Made by a program: the position numbers and the translations under genes. Positions 1-10,569 of a stretch of 64,000 bases of DNA are shown piece after piece. The notes beneath the pieces are model-generated. The model ran no database searches. It worked only from the letters and a program-made list of their open reading frames with translations, and was not told where the DNA came from. Every line of letters starts with the position of its first letter. Positions within the stretch are counted from its first letter, which is position 1. This DNA comes from Candidatus Poribacteria bacterium (lineage in GTDB: Bacteria; Poribacteria; WGA-4E; PCPOR2b), in NCBI GenBank assembly GCA_965218095.1, contig OZ244587.1, positions 3,968,001 through 4,032,000 on the forward strand, given 5' to 3'.

Positions 1-675
1 GCGGCGCGGGGGATTGGAAAAGCGACAGCGGAAACCCTCGCACAGGCAGGCGTCGACGTGGCACTGCTGGATGTGGACGCAACGGCAGTGCAGGAGATCG
101 CACGAGAAATTCAGGAGCGAACGGGGCAGCAGGCGTTGGCGGCACCCGCAGACGTAACCGTGAAAGCACAGCTCGAAGATGCCGTTGCTGATGTGCTTCG
201 CACCTTCGGGCAGATAGACATCCTCGTAAACAATGCGGGCGTCTGGGGACACGGACTTCTGAGCGAGGTTTCAGAAGACGAGTGGGATCGTATCTTTTCC
301 GTGAACCTGAAAGGCATATTGTTCGGCATACAGGAGGTTGTACCGACGATGAAAGGGCAGGGTAGTGGGAAAATTGTCAACATCGCGTCCGCAGCGGGCT
401 TGGGGCACTCACCGGAATGGAGCGCCTACTGTATCTCCAAAGCCGCCGTCATCACCCTCACACAGGTCGCGGCGAAGGAGTTGGAACCCTTTCACCTGCA
501 GGTCAACGTGATTTGTCCTAGTGCAGTAGACACCGATTTGACACAGGGCATCACCGAACAGACGGGCGAAGTATTTCCCCACGTGATACCGCCGGAGAGA
601 GTTGCCGTCGCCGTGTTGAAATTGGTTTGTCCCTTCGAGCAGACCACAACCGGCACTATCGTGAGAGAGCTGTGA
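1..675 (+). CDS. SDR family NAD(P)-dependent oxidoreductase (5' partial)
   Basis: Frame is open from base 1 (AARGIGKATA...); NNAG motif and YxxxK catalytic motif (YCISK). Confidence 0.92.
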   Translation, partial: AARGIGKATAETLAQAGVDVALLDVDATAVQEIAREIQERTGQQALAAPADVTVKAQLEDAVADVLRTFGQIDILVNNAGVWGHGLLSEVSEDEWDRIFSVNLKGILFGIQEVVPTMKGQGSGKIVNIASAAGLGHSPEWSAYCISKAAVITLTQVAAKELEPFHLQVNVICPSAVDTDLTQGITEQTGEVFPHVIPPERVAVAVLKLVCPFEQTTTGTIVREL

Positions 676-716
676 GTGGGAACCAGCATCGGTGTGCCTG
701 ACAGAAATTATTATGC

Positions 717-1652
717 ATGATCGAACACATCTTTGAAGCAACCATTCGCTATGCGACGCCGCTTTTGCTTGTCGCCCTTGGAGAAATTATCGCCGAACGC
801 GCCGGGGCGATCAATATCGGGCTTGAGGGCATGATGATTCTGGGGGCTTTTACCGGCTGGCTGGGTTCATTCTATATCCAGGGCATGAACCCTGGGCTTG
901 CGCCAGGGCTGGGTATTCTGTTCAGTGGACTGAGTGGCGTAATTTTAGCTGGGCTCTTCGCGATCTTTATTTTGTGGTTAAAAACCGATCAAGTCGTGAC
1001 AGGCACGGGGATCAACCTCTTAGCTTTCGGGCTCGTCGAAGTGTTGTACCGCCGGATCTTTGGCGTTACCGGAGAGGCGCTAAAGGTGACGATCTTCCAA
1101 CCAATTCATATCCCACTCCTATCCAAAATTCCGTTTATCGGTCCCGTCCTATTTCAGCACAATCTCCTGGTCTATGTGGCATTTCTCGCTGTTCCGCTCG
1201 TCTACTTTTACCTGTTTCACACGCATCACGGTCTCGCTATCCAAGCCTGCGGTGAACACCCCAAGGCAGCGGATACGGTCGGCGTAGACGTTCACCGGTT
1301 GCAGGCAAAATGTGTCCTCTTTGGCGGGTTTATGGCGGGGCTTGCCGGGGGGTATCTCTCACTGGCGGATGTGCCATACTTCAGCACGGAGATGACCGCC
1401 GGGCGCGGCTTTGTCGCACTCTCGATTGTCATCTTTGGGAAGTGGCATCCCGTCAAGGCATGCGGCGCAGCGCTATTATTCGGTCTTGCCAACGCCCTGC
1501 CAGACCGTTTGCAAGCAATACCAGATCTCGGGTTTATTCCCTACCAATTCTTCTTAATGCTGCCCTACGTCTTGACGCTCCTGGTTCTGGCTGGATTCGT
1601 TGGACACGCCAAACCACCTACCGCGCTGGCGCTTCCCTATCGAAGAGAATAG
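717..1652 (+). CDS. ABC transporter permease (nucleoside/sugar, NupC/YufQ-like)
   Basis: ATPLLLVALGEIIAERAGAINIGLEGM, GEHPKAADTVG and GRGFVAL motifs; multiple TM helices. Confidence 0.9.
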   Translation: MIEHIFEATIRYATPLLLVALGEIIAERAGAINIGLEGMMILGAFTGWLGSFYIQGMNPGLAPGLGILFSGLSGVILAGLFAIFILWLKTDQVVTGTGINLLAFGLVEVLYRRIFGVTGEALKVTIFQPIHIPLLSKIPFIGPVLFQHNLLVYVAFLAVPLVYFYLFHTHHGLAIQACGEHPKAADTVGVDVHRLQAKCVLFGGFMAGLAGGYLSLADVPYFSTEMTAGRGFVALSIVIFGKWHPVKACGAALLFGLANALPDRLQAIPDLGFIPYQFFLMLPYVLTLLVLAGFVGHAKPPTALALPYRRE

Positions 1653-1657
1653 ATTTG

Positions 1658-3076
1658 TCACGAAACGGCATCCGCTTTGACCGCACACGGCACGATAATC
1701 GAATCGACCATGCCGTGCAGCACTTTTTTGTCGTCGGGGCAGATGGTCGCCTGAATCCCAGCGAGGCGAATCTTGTCTTCCGTTGTAAAGTAATAGGGAC
1801 GAAGCATTACTCTTCCCAGCATCCGTCGAACCTCGCCGAGATCGAAGTCGTAATGGGTCATGGTGGCCCGATTGGCTTTATGGAATTTTTGCAGGATGTA
1901 AGGGGTTTGATGGAAACTCGTCAGCGTGGTTTCCACGACATGCTCCCAATCCTCGGTGGAGAGGTCATGCCCAATTGAGACCCCCCGACTCCCCCATGCC
2001 AATTCCGAGAATCCTGATGGTTTGATAACAATCTCACGCTGACGCTGCGTGACAGGAATGATTTGCCGCCAGTTTGTGACAGGCACCCCGTCGATTTCGA
2101 GGTCTGGAATGACGGCGTGTGGTGGGAGTTCACGCGGATCAAGCAGCCACGTCTGTGGAATGACGTTCGGCAGGAATCGGTACGTTTTTTTGCCAAGTTC
2201 TCTTCGCCAGAAAGGTTGGAGAGTTGGGTGATGAAGTAGCGCAAATAGCAACTTTTCTTCAAGGTATGCCTTCGGTGGCGGGGTCATGACCACCGTTCGT
2301 CTCTTGGCGCTGTAGAGCATCAACTCTATTTTGGGGATGTTTTTCAGATCGAACAATTCAAAGAAGCGATAGAGAACATCAATTTGAACCCTGCTATAGT
2401 CCGATTCAAGGAACAACCCATTTTCCGCAAAGATTACTTCGCGTGGTTTGATGGCGTAGGTATCCAAGCCAGCTTCACGCAGAGCAGACTCAAACCACTT
2501 CATTTCGTCCCAGTAATCTTGCGACTCATCGGAAACGACGATAGCCAGCGTCGGGGATTCGCGTTTTGCAAGGGCTCTGATCATCTCTGCAAAACTGAGC
2601 ATCATCCCATTGCTACCGCCAACGATGTTGTAGTCAAGTTTGGCGTACTGCGTCGCCAGATTTCCCGTGAACCCCATACCCCCGGGGACGGAATCCAGTT
2701 CGGTGATGATAAAGCCATCTGAAGTCGGCAAGATGTCCGGACGGATGACTTGCGGCAGTTGGCTTTTGAAGCGATTCATTCGACCGAGCTCGATAACGGA
2801 CTCTGGCTTTCCCTGATCAAGGTACGCTGCAACCCAACCTGGCTGAATGCCCCGCACGCTCTGCGAGTAGAGTAGATTACAGGCCTGGTAAAACCGCAAT
2901 AGATGTGTCCCAAGTGCCTCAAACCATTCCAGATCTCCCTGAGAAATCCAAAACGGCTCCGGCGAAATGCGCCACGGTGTATTACTATCGGGGTGAACCG
3001 CCTTCTTTTCTCCTGTGAAGAGTCCCTCTTTGGGAATCTGGCTGTTAATAAATAAACACTTTTCTTCAGCATTCAA
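1658..3076 (-). CDS. Glutathionylspermidine-synthase-like / circularly permuted ATP-grasp protein
   Basis: 472 aa; IRPD...TELDSVPGG, VLYRFFE, VIKPSG...WGSRGVSIG and YILQKF motifs. Confidence 0.65.
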   Translation of the reverse strand: MNAEEKCLFINSQIPKEGLFTGEKKAVHPDSNTPWRISPEPFWISQGDLEWFEALGTHLLRFYQACNLLYSQSVRGIQPGWVAAYLDQGKPESVIELGRMNRFKSQLPQVIRPDILPTSDGFIITELDSVPGGMGFTGNLATQYAKLDYNIVGGSNGMMLSFAEMIRALAKRESPTLAIVVSDESQDYWDEMKWFESALREAGLDTYAIKPREVIFAENGLFLESDYSRVQIDVLYRFFELFDLKNIPKIELMLYSAKRRTVVMTPPPKAYLEEKLLFALLHHPTLQPFWRRELGKKTYRFLPNVIPQTWLLDPRELPPHAVIPDLEIDGVPVTNWRQIIPVTQRQREIVIKPSGFSELAWGSRGVSIGHDLSTEDWEHVVETTLTSFHQTPYILQKFHKANRATMTHYDFDLGEVRRMLGRVMLRPYYFTTEDKIRLAGIQATICPDDKKVLHGMVDSIIVPCAVKADAVS

Positions 3077-3405
3077 ACCAATACTCCTTGCGTATTGCGT
3101 ATATCTTAAGTCTACAAGTTCATAATCCTATCACAGCTTGACCTGTTTGACGAAAGCAATCCGGTTTGGTTGCAATATGTTGAATCACATTGCGAGATAC
3201 CGAGCTACAATGTTAATGATCATGGCAGCGAGCGCTCCGATACATGAACTTCCAACAGTCATATCCGTGATGTCAATGTTGAAAGATCGAATCCCTGCTT
3301 CGACAGTGAATCGCTGACCTGCGCTTTCATATATCAATGCGTCCAGATTCAAAGATGATGCGTAACTATAACACTGAGAAAAAACGTTGTCAACAGAAAA
3401 TTCAC

Positions 3406-3435
3406 TTGACATCTTGTCCGGGTGTCTGTTAAGAT
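3406..3435 (+). promoter_or_regulatory. Sigma70-like promoter of the DUF4160/DUF2442 pair
   Basis: TTGACA-18 bp-TAAGAT with an extended -10 TG. Confidence 0.5.
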
Positions 3436-3469
3436 ATAGCCGCTTATCGTCCAGAAGGGGCTTTGAACA

Positions 3470-3706
3470 ATATCTACCGTTCTGAGAAGTGGCCCGTACC
3501 GAATATACCTCTGGAGTCACGAACCCAATGAACCACCACCTGTTCATGTTGATCGTAATGCCAATTCAGCCAAGTTCTGGCTTGGGCCTGTTAGCCTTGC
3601 CCACAATCTTGGTTTCAGTGCAATAGAGTTGTGCAGAATCGAGCGGATAGTAGCCGAGCATGAACAAGAACCTTTGAAGGTGTGGCATGACTACTTTGGA
3701 CATTAA
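3470..3706 (+). pseudogene. DUF4160 family toxin-like gene with degenerate start (ATA)
   Basis: Hand translation ISTVLRSGPYRIYLWSHEPNEPPPVHVDRNANSAKFWLGPV...WHDYFGH*; in-frame TGA just upstream; overlaps the DUF2442 start. Confidence 0.75.
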
Positions 3707-3971
3707 ACCGGGTAAAGGTGTCAAAGATGTACGCGTTACTGAAGACACCTTAAGCGCAGACCTCATCGACGGACGCACCATTATCGTGCCGTTGGTATGG
3801 TATCCGAGACTACTTCATGCGACGCCGGCACAGCGGGCGCATTGGCAAATATGTGGCGGCGGCTATAGTATTCACTGGCCAGGTATCGATGAAGATTTGA
3901 GCATAGAAGGCTTACTACGAGGCTCCCCTGCTCCTCGCCGTGTCGTGCTAGTAAACCAGGCAGCTGATTAA
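3687..3971 (+). CDS. DUF2442 family protein (putative antitoxin)
   Basis: DGRTIIVPLVWYPRLLHATPAQR...IHWPGIDEDLSIEGLL signature. Confidence 0.88.
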   Translation: MTTLDIKPGKGVKDVRVTEDTLSADLIDGRTIIVPLVWYPRLLHATPAQRAHWQICGGGYSIHWPGIDEDLSIEGLLRGSPAPRRVVLVNQAAD

Positions 3972-4156
3972 TGCCGAATGCAGACATATCATACAGAATT
4001 GTAATCCGATAAACTCAATTGATTGGATACCCCACTATTGGGGCACATACCAGAAAGAAATAATCATGAAGATTTTCCACCAATACACCCACATTGCAAG
4101 CCAAACAAGTAATGATATGCTATACTACCTCTATCTCTTTTTGTTGTATTTGCGCT

Positions 4157-4267
4157 GTGATGGTGGGCTGGTGGACCTCACGAGAAAGACGTAGAGATTT
4201 CCCCACATCAGATTGTTCATTGACGCCCATCATCGAAAACGCATTCGGTGGTGGGCGTTTTTATTTT
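4157..4267 (+). promoter_or_regulatory. Putative Trp-responsive attenuator leader
   Basis: ATG GTG GGC TGG TGG ACC TCA (MVGWWTS) at 4160-4180; 15-bp GC hairpin at 4223-4258 followed by TTTTATTTT, just before RBS AGGAGG. Confidence 0.6.
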
Positions 4268-4282
4268 CAGGAGGCAGCAAAA

Positions 4283-5350
4283 ATGATGCAAACCAATGGT
4301 ACGATTGACAGAAATGTCAAGGACTATCAGACCTTAATGAGTCCAAGACAATTGGTGACAGATCTGCCAAGAACAGATACGATGACGCAGACAGTCGAAT
4401 ATGGCAGAACCAGCATCAAAAATATCTTGGATGGCACCGATTCACGAAAGTTCGTCATTGTTGGGCCTTGTTCGATTCATGATCCGGAAGCGGCCCATGA
4501 CTACGCCGCAAGATTAAAGGAGATTTCAGATGTCGTTTCAGACCATTTAGTCATTATAATGAGGTCTTATTTTGAAAAACCTCGCACCAGTTTAGGCTGG
4601 AAAGGCTTAATTTACGATCCGCATCTCAATGGAGAGGGGGATATCAAGGGGGGCTTGCACATTTCAAGAAGAATATTAATGGATAATCTTGAAATGGGGT
4701 TGCCGTGCGCCACGGAATATCTTGAATCGTTCACGCCCCAGTATAATTCTGATTTAATATCGTGGGCAGCGATTGGCGCACGAACAGCAGAATCGCCACA
4801 GCATAGACAGCTCGCTTCGGGGCTCTCCATGCCGGTCGGCTTCAAGAACAGCACGCAGGGCGACATCTCCATCGCGGTCAATGGGATTTTATCTGCACAA
4901 GGTGAACATTCTTTTTTGGGAATCGATGGATATGGCGTCCCCTGTGTTGTACGAACAACGGGTAATTCATATACCCATATTGTGATAAGGGGTAGCAATA
5001 CGAGTTCAAATTATGACTCACAAAGCGTTCAAGACGCCCAAGCGATGCTGATGGAAGAGAACCTGCCTCCAAATGTTGTGATAGATTGCAGTCATGGAAA
5101 TTCAGAGAAAGATTACGGCAAGCAACCCATTGTTTTTGAGGAAGCGCTGAAACAGATTCGTGACGGAAATGATGGGATTGTGGGAATCATGCTAGAATCA
5201 AATATTAAGGCTGGAAATCAGAAAATACCTTCTGACTTGACGGGGTTTGATCGATCAGAACTTGAGTACGGCGTTTCCGTCACTGACAGTTGTGTTGATT
5301 GGGAAACCACCGCTTCATTGCTTAAGGCAGCACATAAAAGCCTTGCTTGA
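4283..5350 (+). CDS. 3-deoxy-7-phosphoheptulonate (DAHP) synthase, class I-alpha (AroF/G/H type)
   Basis: GPCSIHD, YFEKPRT..GWKG, IGART.ES, PVGFKN, DCSHGNS and YGVSVTD.C motifs; RBS at 4269-4274. Confidence 0.95.
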   Translation: MMQTNGTIDRNVKDYQTLMSPRQLVTDLPRTDTMTQTVEYGRTSIKNILDGTDSRKFVIVGPCSIHDPEAAHDYAARLKEISDVVSDHLVIIMRSYFEKPRTSLGWKGLIYDPHLNGEGDIKGGLHISRRILMDNLEMGLPCATEYLESFTPQYNSDLISWAAIGARTAESPQHRQLASGLSMPVGFKNSTQGDISIAVNGILSAQGEHSFLGIDGYGVPCVVRTTGNSYTHIVIRGSNTSSNYDSQSVQDAQAMLMEENLPPNVVIDCSHGNSEKDYGKQPIVFEEALKQIRDGNDGIVGIMLESNIKAGNQKIPSDLTGFDRSELEYGVSVTDSCVDWETTASLLKAAHKSLA

Positions 5351-5640
5351 GTGACTTCAAGGACCTTCCGCACGTACTCAGGAGAATTTCCCAATGACAT
5401 GGTATGAAACGTTTTCTATGAAGACTGAGCAAGAAAAGATCTACATTTGACTGTGTATCATTTACGCTGATGCCGTCGCCACAGATTCGCGCAAAATGAG
5501 TTTATACCAGTCGTAAGGAGGTGATGAAAGTAGGGTTGACGACTACCGACGAACCGGGTTTACATGACGCCGAAGGCGATCTCGCATCGTTAGAAGAACA
5601 TACCGAATTCAACACAATCACGAAAAAGGAGAATCACACT

Positions 5641-7176
5641 ATGTCAGAGAAGATTTACATTTTCGATACAACCCTCCGTGACGCTGAGCAGACGCCTGGC
5701 GCCGCACTCAATATTGAGGAAAAACTGGAGATTGCCAAACACCTGGCGAAACTGAATGTCGATATTATCGAAGCGGGCTTCCCTATCTCTTCGCCCGGCG
5801 ATTTTGATGCCGTGAAACGTATTTCCCATGAAGTCGAGGGCCCGGAAATTTGTGGGCTTTCACGCGTGGTAGAAAAGGATATCACCGCTGCATGGGGGGC
5901 AATTAAGGACGCGCCAAAACCACGCATTCACACTTTCGTTGGCACATCGGATATCCATATTGTCGGCATTACGAGATCTGATCGCGAGACGATTCTGAAA
6001 CGAGCAATCGATGCCGTCGCCTATGCAAAGAGCCTGTCTGCCGGACACCCAAATGTGAGGGTTGAATTTTCACCGATGGATGCCGCACGAACAGAACCAA
6101 GCTATCTCTACGAAGTTGTTGAGGCGACAATCAATGCCGGGGCGGCAATCATCAATATCCCCGATACGGTCGGCTATGCGATTCCGTCTGAGTTTGGACA
6201 GTTCATCGCGGACATCTTCGCCAATGTGCCGAACATCGACAAAGCAATCGTCAGCGTCCATTGCCACAACGATCTGGGGCTCGCAGTCGCCAATAGTATC
6301 GCGGCAATCAAGAACGGCGGACGCCAGGTTGAATGCACCGTTAACGGTCTCGGTGAACGTGCCGGCAATACATCATTGGAAGAGATCGTGATGGCAATCC
6401 GGACGCGCCCGGATCACTTCAAGGGCTTTTACACAGACATCAACGCGAAAGAGATCGTCCCAATTAGCAATCGGGTCAGTCGGACGATGGGAATACCCGT
6501 TCAGCCGAACAAAGCCATCGTCGGCGCGAATGCCTTCGCACATAGCTCCGGCATTCACCAGGATGGCGTCATCAAGCAGCGGGACACCTTCGAGATCATC
6601 GCCCCTGAAGATGTGGGTCTGAACGAGAGCCAGATTATCCTCAGTCCCAGATCTGGGCGAAACGCGCTAAGGCATCGTCTGAACGTCCTTGGCTATGATG
6701 TCACGCCTGAGCAACTTGATAAGATTTATGAGCAATTCCTTGAAGTCGCTGATAAGAAGAAAGGTGTTCACGATGCCGATCTCGAGGCAATCATGAGAGA
6801 CGAGGTTCACTCAATCCCCGAAGTCTTCCGACTTGAGTACATTCAGGTTGTCAGCGGGACGAAGATCTCCCCAACAACGACGGTCGGTGTCCGAACCGAG
6901 GCAGACGTCGTTGAAGAAGCCTCAGCCGGCGATGGGCCCGTCGATGCCGCCTACAAAGCGATTGATCGGGTTGCCAAGATTCCTCTCGTACTCACGGATT
7001 ACAGCATCCGTGCTGTGACGGAGGGAAAGGATGCTATCGGTGAGGTCACAATCAAAGTGCAGGACAACGGACACACAGTCATCGGACATGGCGCAAGCAC
7101 AGATATCATTGAGGCAAGTGCGAAAGCCTACATTGATGCCATCAACAAGGTTGTCCATATGCGCTATGAAGCGTAG
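5641..7176 (+). CDS. leuA: 2-isopropylmalate synthase
   Basis: FDTTLRDAEQTPG, HCHNDLG, GERAGN, AFAHSSGIHQDG and C-terminal GDGPVDA regulatory domain; RBS AAGGAG. Confidence 0.96.
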   Translation: MSEKIYIFDTTLRDAEQTPGAALNIEEKLEIAKHLAKLNVDIIEAGFPISSPGDFDAVKRISHEVEGPEICGLSRVVEKDITAAWGAIKDAPKPRIHTFVGTSDIHIVGITRSDRETILKRAIDAVAYAKSLSAGHPNVRVEFSPMDAARTEPSYLYEVVEATINAGAAIINIPDTVGYAIPSEFGQFIADIFANVPNIDKAIVSVHCHNDLGLAVANSIAAIKNGGRQVECTVNGLGERAGNTSLEEIVMAIRTRPDHFKGFYTDINAKEIVPISNRVSRTMGIPVQPNKAIVGANAFAHSSGIHQDGVIKQRDTFEIIAPEDVGLNESQIILSPRSGRNALRHRLNVLGYDVTPEQLDKIYEQFLEVADKKKGVHDADLEAIMRDEVHSIPEVFRLEYIQVVSGTKISPTTTVGVRTEADVVEEASAGDGPVDAAYKAIDRVAKIPLVLTDYSIRAVTEGKDAIGEVTIKVQDNGHTVIGHGASTDIIEASAKAYIDAINKVVHMRYEA

Positions 7177-7194
7177 AACGAGAAAACCATGAAC

Positions 7195-7247
7195 CAGAAA
7201 GCCGCAGGGGGACGGTGCGTTGTGCTCCTAGGGCTTTCTGATTTTTT
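7195..7247 (+). terminator. Rho-independent terminator after leuA
   Basis: CAGAAAGCC...GGCTTTCTG stem followed by ATTTTTT. Confidence 0.65.
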
Positions 7248-7305
7248 AACTTAGATGTCGCACGATAGTATAGAATAGAGAATTGCTACTATTTCACGTT
7301 TAGAC

Positions 7306-7334
7306 TTGATCCACAACAGGGGATCTGCTATAAT
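7306..7334 (+). promoter_or_regulatory. Sigma70-like promoter
   Basis: TTGATC-17 bp-TATAAT with an extended -10 TG. Confidence 0.6.
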
Positions 7335-7439
7335 CATGCAGATGATTGATGGATAAAGTAGTAAAGTAAAATTTATTGCGCTGATGACTTGGGTTGGTAT
7401 TAAAGAATGAACCCGTAATCGTTAAAAAAGGCACTTTGT

Positions 7440-7609
7440 GAATTCGGAATCCACGATTACGAACAGGAAGCTAGACGCAATTATAAAAAAGTGAGAGATA
7501 GGAAACAACTTTTTGCAAACTCGATCCGGACATGGCTTACCAAAAGTGTCCTCGACTAAAGGAACTCTTGGATCAGATGTTACAGCTCGCAAAACAAGCT
7601 GGTCTTTGA
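7440..7609 (+). pseudogene. Remnant resembling a DUF4276-family C-terminus
   Basis: Frameshifted reading DYEQEARRNYKKVRDRKQLFAN/LDPDMAYQKCPRLKELLDQMLQLAKQAGL*. Confidence 0.35.
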
Positions 7610-7658
7610 CAAATTCGATTGACGCCAGCATTAGAAATTTGAAGGGAAAAGTATCCCA

Positions 7659-8687
7659 ATGAAAGAAATCAGAGTCGGCATCATAGGCGCGGGTGGAATT
7701 GCAGGCGCAAAGCATCTGCCAGGACACCGGAAGGTCAAAGGCGTCTCCGTGCTCGCTGTGTGCGACATCGATGAACAGCATGCAAAGAATTTCGCTAAAA
7801 AACATGAAATCAAATACGTCTTCACGGATTACAATGATCTCGTCGCAATGCCTGAATTGGATGCGGTCAGCGTTTGTACACCGAATAATTTTCATGCGGG
7901 GCCGACGATCGCGGCGCTAAAAGCGGGGATGCACGTCATCTGTGAAAAGCCGATCGCCGGGAATGCCAAAGATGGACAGGCGATGGTCGATGCCCAAAAG
8001 GAATCCGGGAAAGTGCTTCAGATTGGATTGCAATCACGATTCAGGACGGAATCGCGGACATTGCGGAAGCTATGCGAAGATGGGTTTTTCGGTGATATTT
8101 ACTACGCACGCGCAATGGTAATGCGGCGTCGGGGGGTGCCCGCTGCACCGACATTTATCCAGAAATCGATCTCCGGGGGAGGGCCCCTCATTGACATTGG
8201 GGTGCATATCCTCGATGTCCTGCTGTGGATGATTGGCAGCCCGCAGCCGATTGAGGTGTTTGGATCTGTTGCGCAGAAATTTGGACACCGACGTAATGTA
8301 ATCAACCCCTGGGGAAAATGGAATCCCGCTAAGTTTGATGTCGAAGATTTCGCCATGGGCGTCATCCGTTTTGAAGGGGGTTTAACCGTGACGTTGGAAA
8401 CCGCGTGGGCATCTCATATCGAGAAAACCGGAACGACTTTTTTCATGGGTAATCAAGCGGGCGCAACATATAACCCTGCGCGTATCTATACGGATAAAGA
8501 TGACGAAATGATTGATTACGAACCCGAGATACTTACCGGGTTACCAGGTGAATTTGAGTCTTTCCACAAAGCCATTCGTGAAGGGTTGCCATCACCCGTG
8601 CCAGCGGAAGAGGTGCTGACCGTCGCGAAAATCTTCGATGCCCTCTACGAATCTGCCCGAATCGGTCGGTCGACACCGATTCTCTAA
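7659..8687 (+). CDS. Gfo/Idh/MocA family oxidoreductase
   Basis: GIIGAGGIA, CTPNNFH, CEKP and GGGPLIDIGVH motifs. Confidence 0.93.
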   Translation: MKEIRVGIIGAGGIAGAKHLPGHRKVKGVSVLAVCDIDEQHAKNFAKKHEIKYVFTDYNDLVAMPELDAVSVCTPNNFHAGPTIAALKAGMHVICEKPIAGNAKDGQAMVDAQKESGKVLQIGLQSRFRTESRTLRKLCEDGFFGDIYYARAMVMRRRGVPAAPTFIQKSISGGGPLIDIGVHILDVLLWMIGSPQPIEVFGSVAQKFGHRRNVINPWGKWNPAKFDVEDFAMGVIRFEGGLTVTLETAWASHIEKTGTTFFMGNQAGATYNPARIYTDKDDEMIDYEPEILTGLPGEFESFHKAIREGLPSPVPAEEVLTVAKIFDALYESARIGRSTPIL

Positions 8688-8753
8688 CAATTTGCTTGAA
8701 CTCTCCTATGTTTTTCATCGGGTGCTAATCGTGGACTTCGCTGATTTCAAAGA

Positions 8754-9260
8754 TTAGATTTGATCATGCAGATCGCTATATGAACCGGAAACGAGATCTT
8801 GATCCTGAATTCCGAGTACGTCTTTTACAAGCTGATGTTCTGTTTGTGCATCTGCTTCCGCCTGATCGCTGATTACCGTTTCCAATTCGACAAACTCACC
8901 CAGACTAACCACCTCATCCAGATGGATACGCGTGTTACCAAACACCCACAACTCCCTCTGTTTTTCGACGACAACCTTCACGCCAAGGACCATCGACATA
9001 ATCTGCTTCAACGCCGTCGGATTGGGAATATCGCAGATCTGATAATGACTATAACGCGAATCCGTTATATCTGGGCGTTCATAGTAAACCAGACATGCCT
9101 CACGATTATCAACTTCCCGGAGTTTCAATCTGCCTTTGGGTGGACTAAAATAGGTATCGATTTGCACCATTGTTCGACGGTATTCTGCCTTGAGATTGAC
9201 GAGTCGTTGACGGTATGCAGCCAGTGAACGACATTTCGCTTTGAATTCTAAATTTTTCAA
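8754..9260 (-). CDS. CYTH domain protein (class IV adenylate cyclase-like)
   Basis: NLEFKA, QIDTYF, RLKLRE, VEKQR and RIHLDEV..LGEFVELE motifs; probable TTG start after AAAGGGAG. Confidence 0.88.
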   Translation of the reverse strand: MKNLEFKAKCRSLAAYRQRLVNLKAEYRRTMVQIDTYFSPPKGRLKLREVDNREACLVYYERPDITDSRYSHYQICDIPNPTALKQIMSMVLGVKVVVEKQRELWVFGNTRIHLDEVVSLGEFVELETVISDQAEADAQTEHQLVKDVLGIQDQDLVSGSYSDLHDQI

Positions 9261-9403
9261 TGTTTTTTGAGAGCTCCCTTTGTTCAAAAAAAACAGGGCC
9301 AGGAATCGCTTAACAAAGGCCGGTTTTACGGTCGAAATGACACCCTTCGGTTATCTCCACAAGTTTTCACTCCATGTCTCTGGCGAATCGCTTGGACGAG
9401 TGT

Positions 9404-10385
<982 letters not shown>

Positions 10386-10569
10386 TCCTTGGTGTACGTT
10401 CAACAGAGTAGGCGCGCGGAGGTGAAGTATAGCACGGATTATCAGAATGAACGGATTTGTCAAAAGACCACCCGTAAATTCTGTTTATCTGTGCTATAAA
10501 CCGAGTTTTGAGTTGCCTCCGATGTGTTATCTGCTTATAGATGGCTTTTGAGTTATTAGTTATCATACC

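Noticed and set aside
4094-4282. 63-aa N-terminal extension of DAHP synthase as ordinary coding sequence
   Set aside because: A strong RBS precedes 4283 and the region contains a -10 box and a terminator; it is treated as a leader.
5400-5640. Leucine attenuator or T-box before leuA
   Set aside because: No Leu-rich leader peptide, T-box consensus or terminator was seen; only a weak stem and an optional upstream RBS.
9288-9400. Glycine-riboswitch-like GGAGA...CCGAAGG motif on the minus strand
   Set aside because: It lacks the CTCTCAGG element and proper pairing, and the downstream CYTH gene does not fit.
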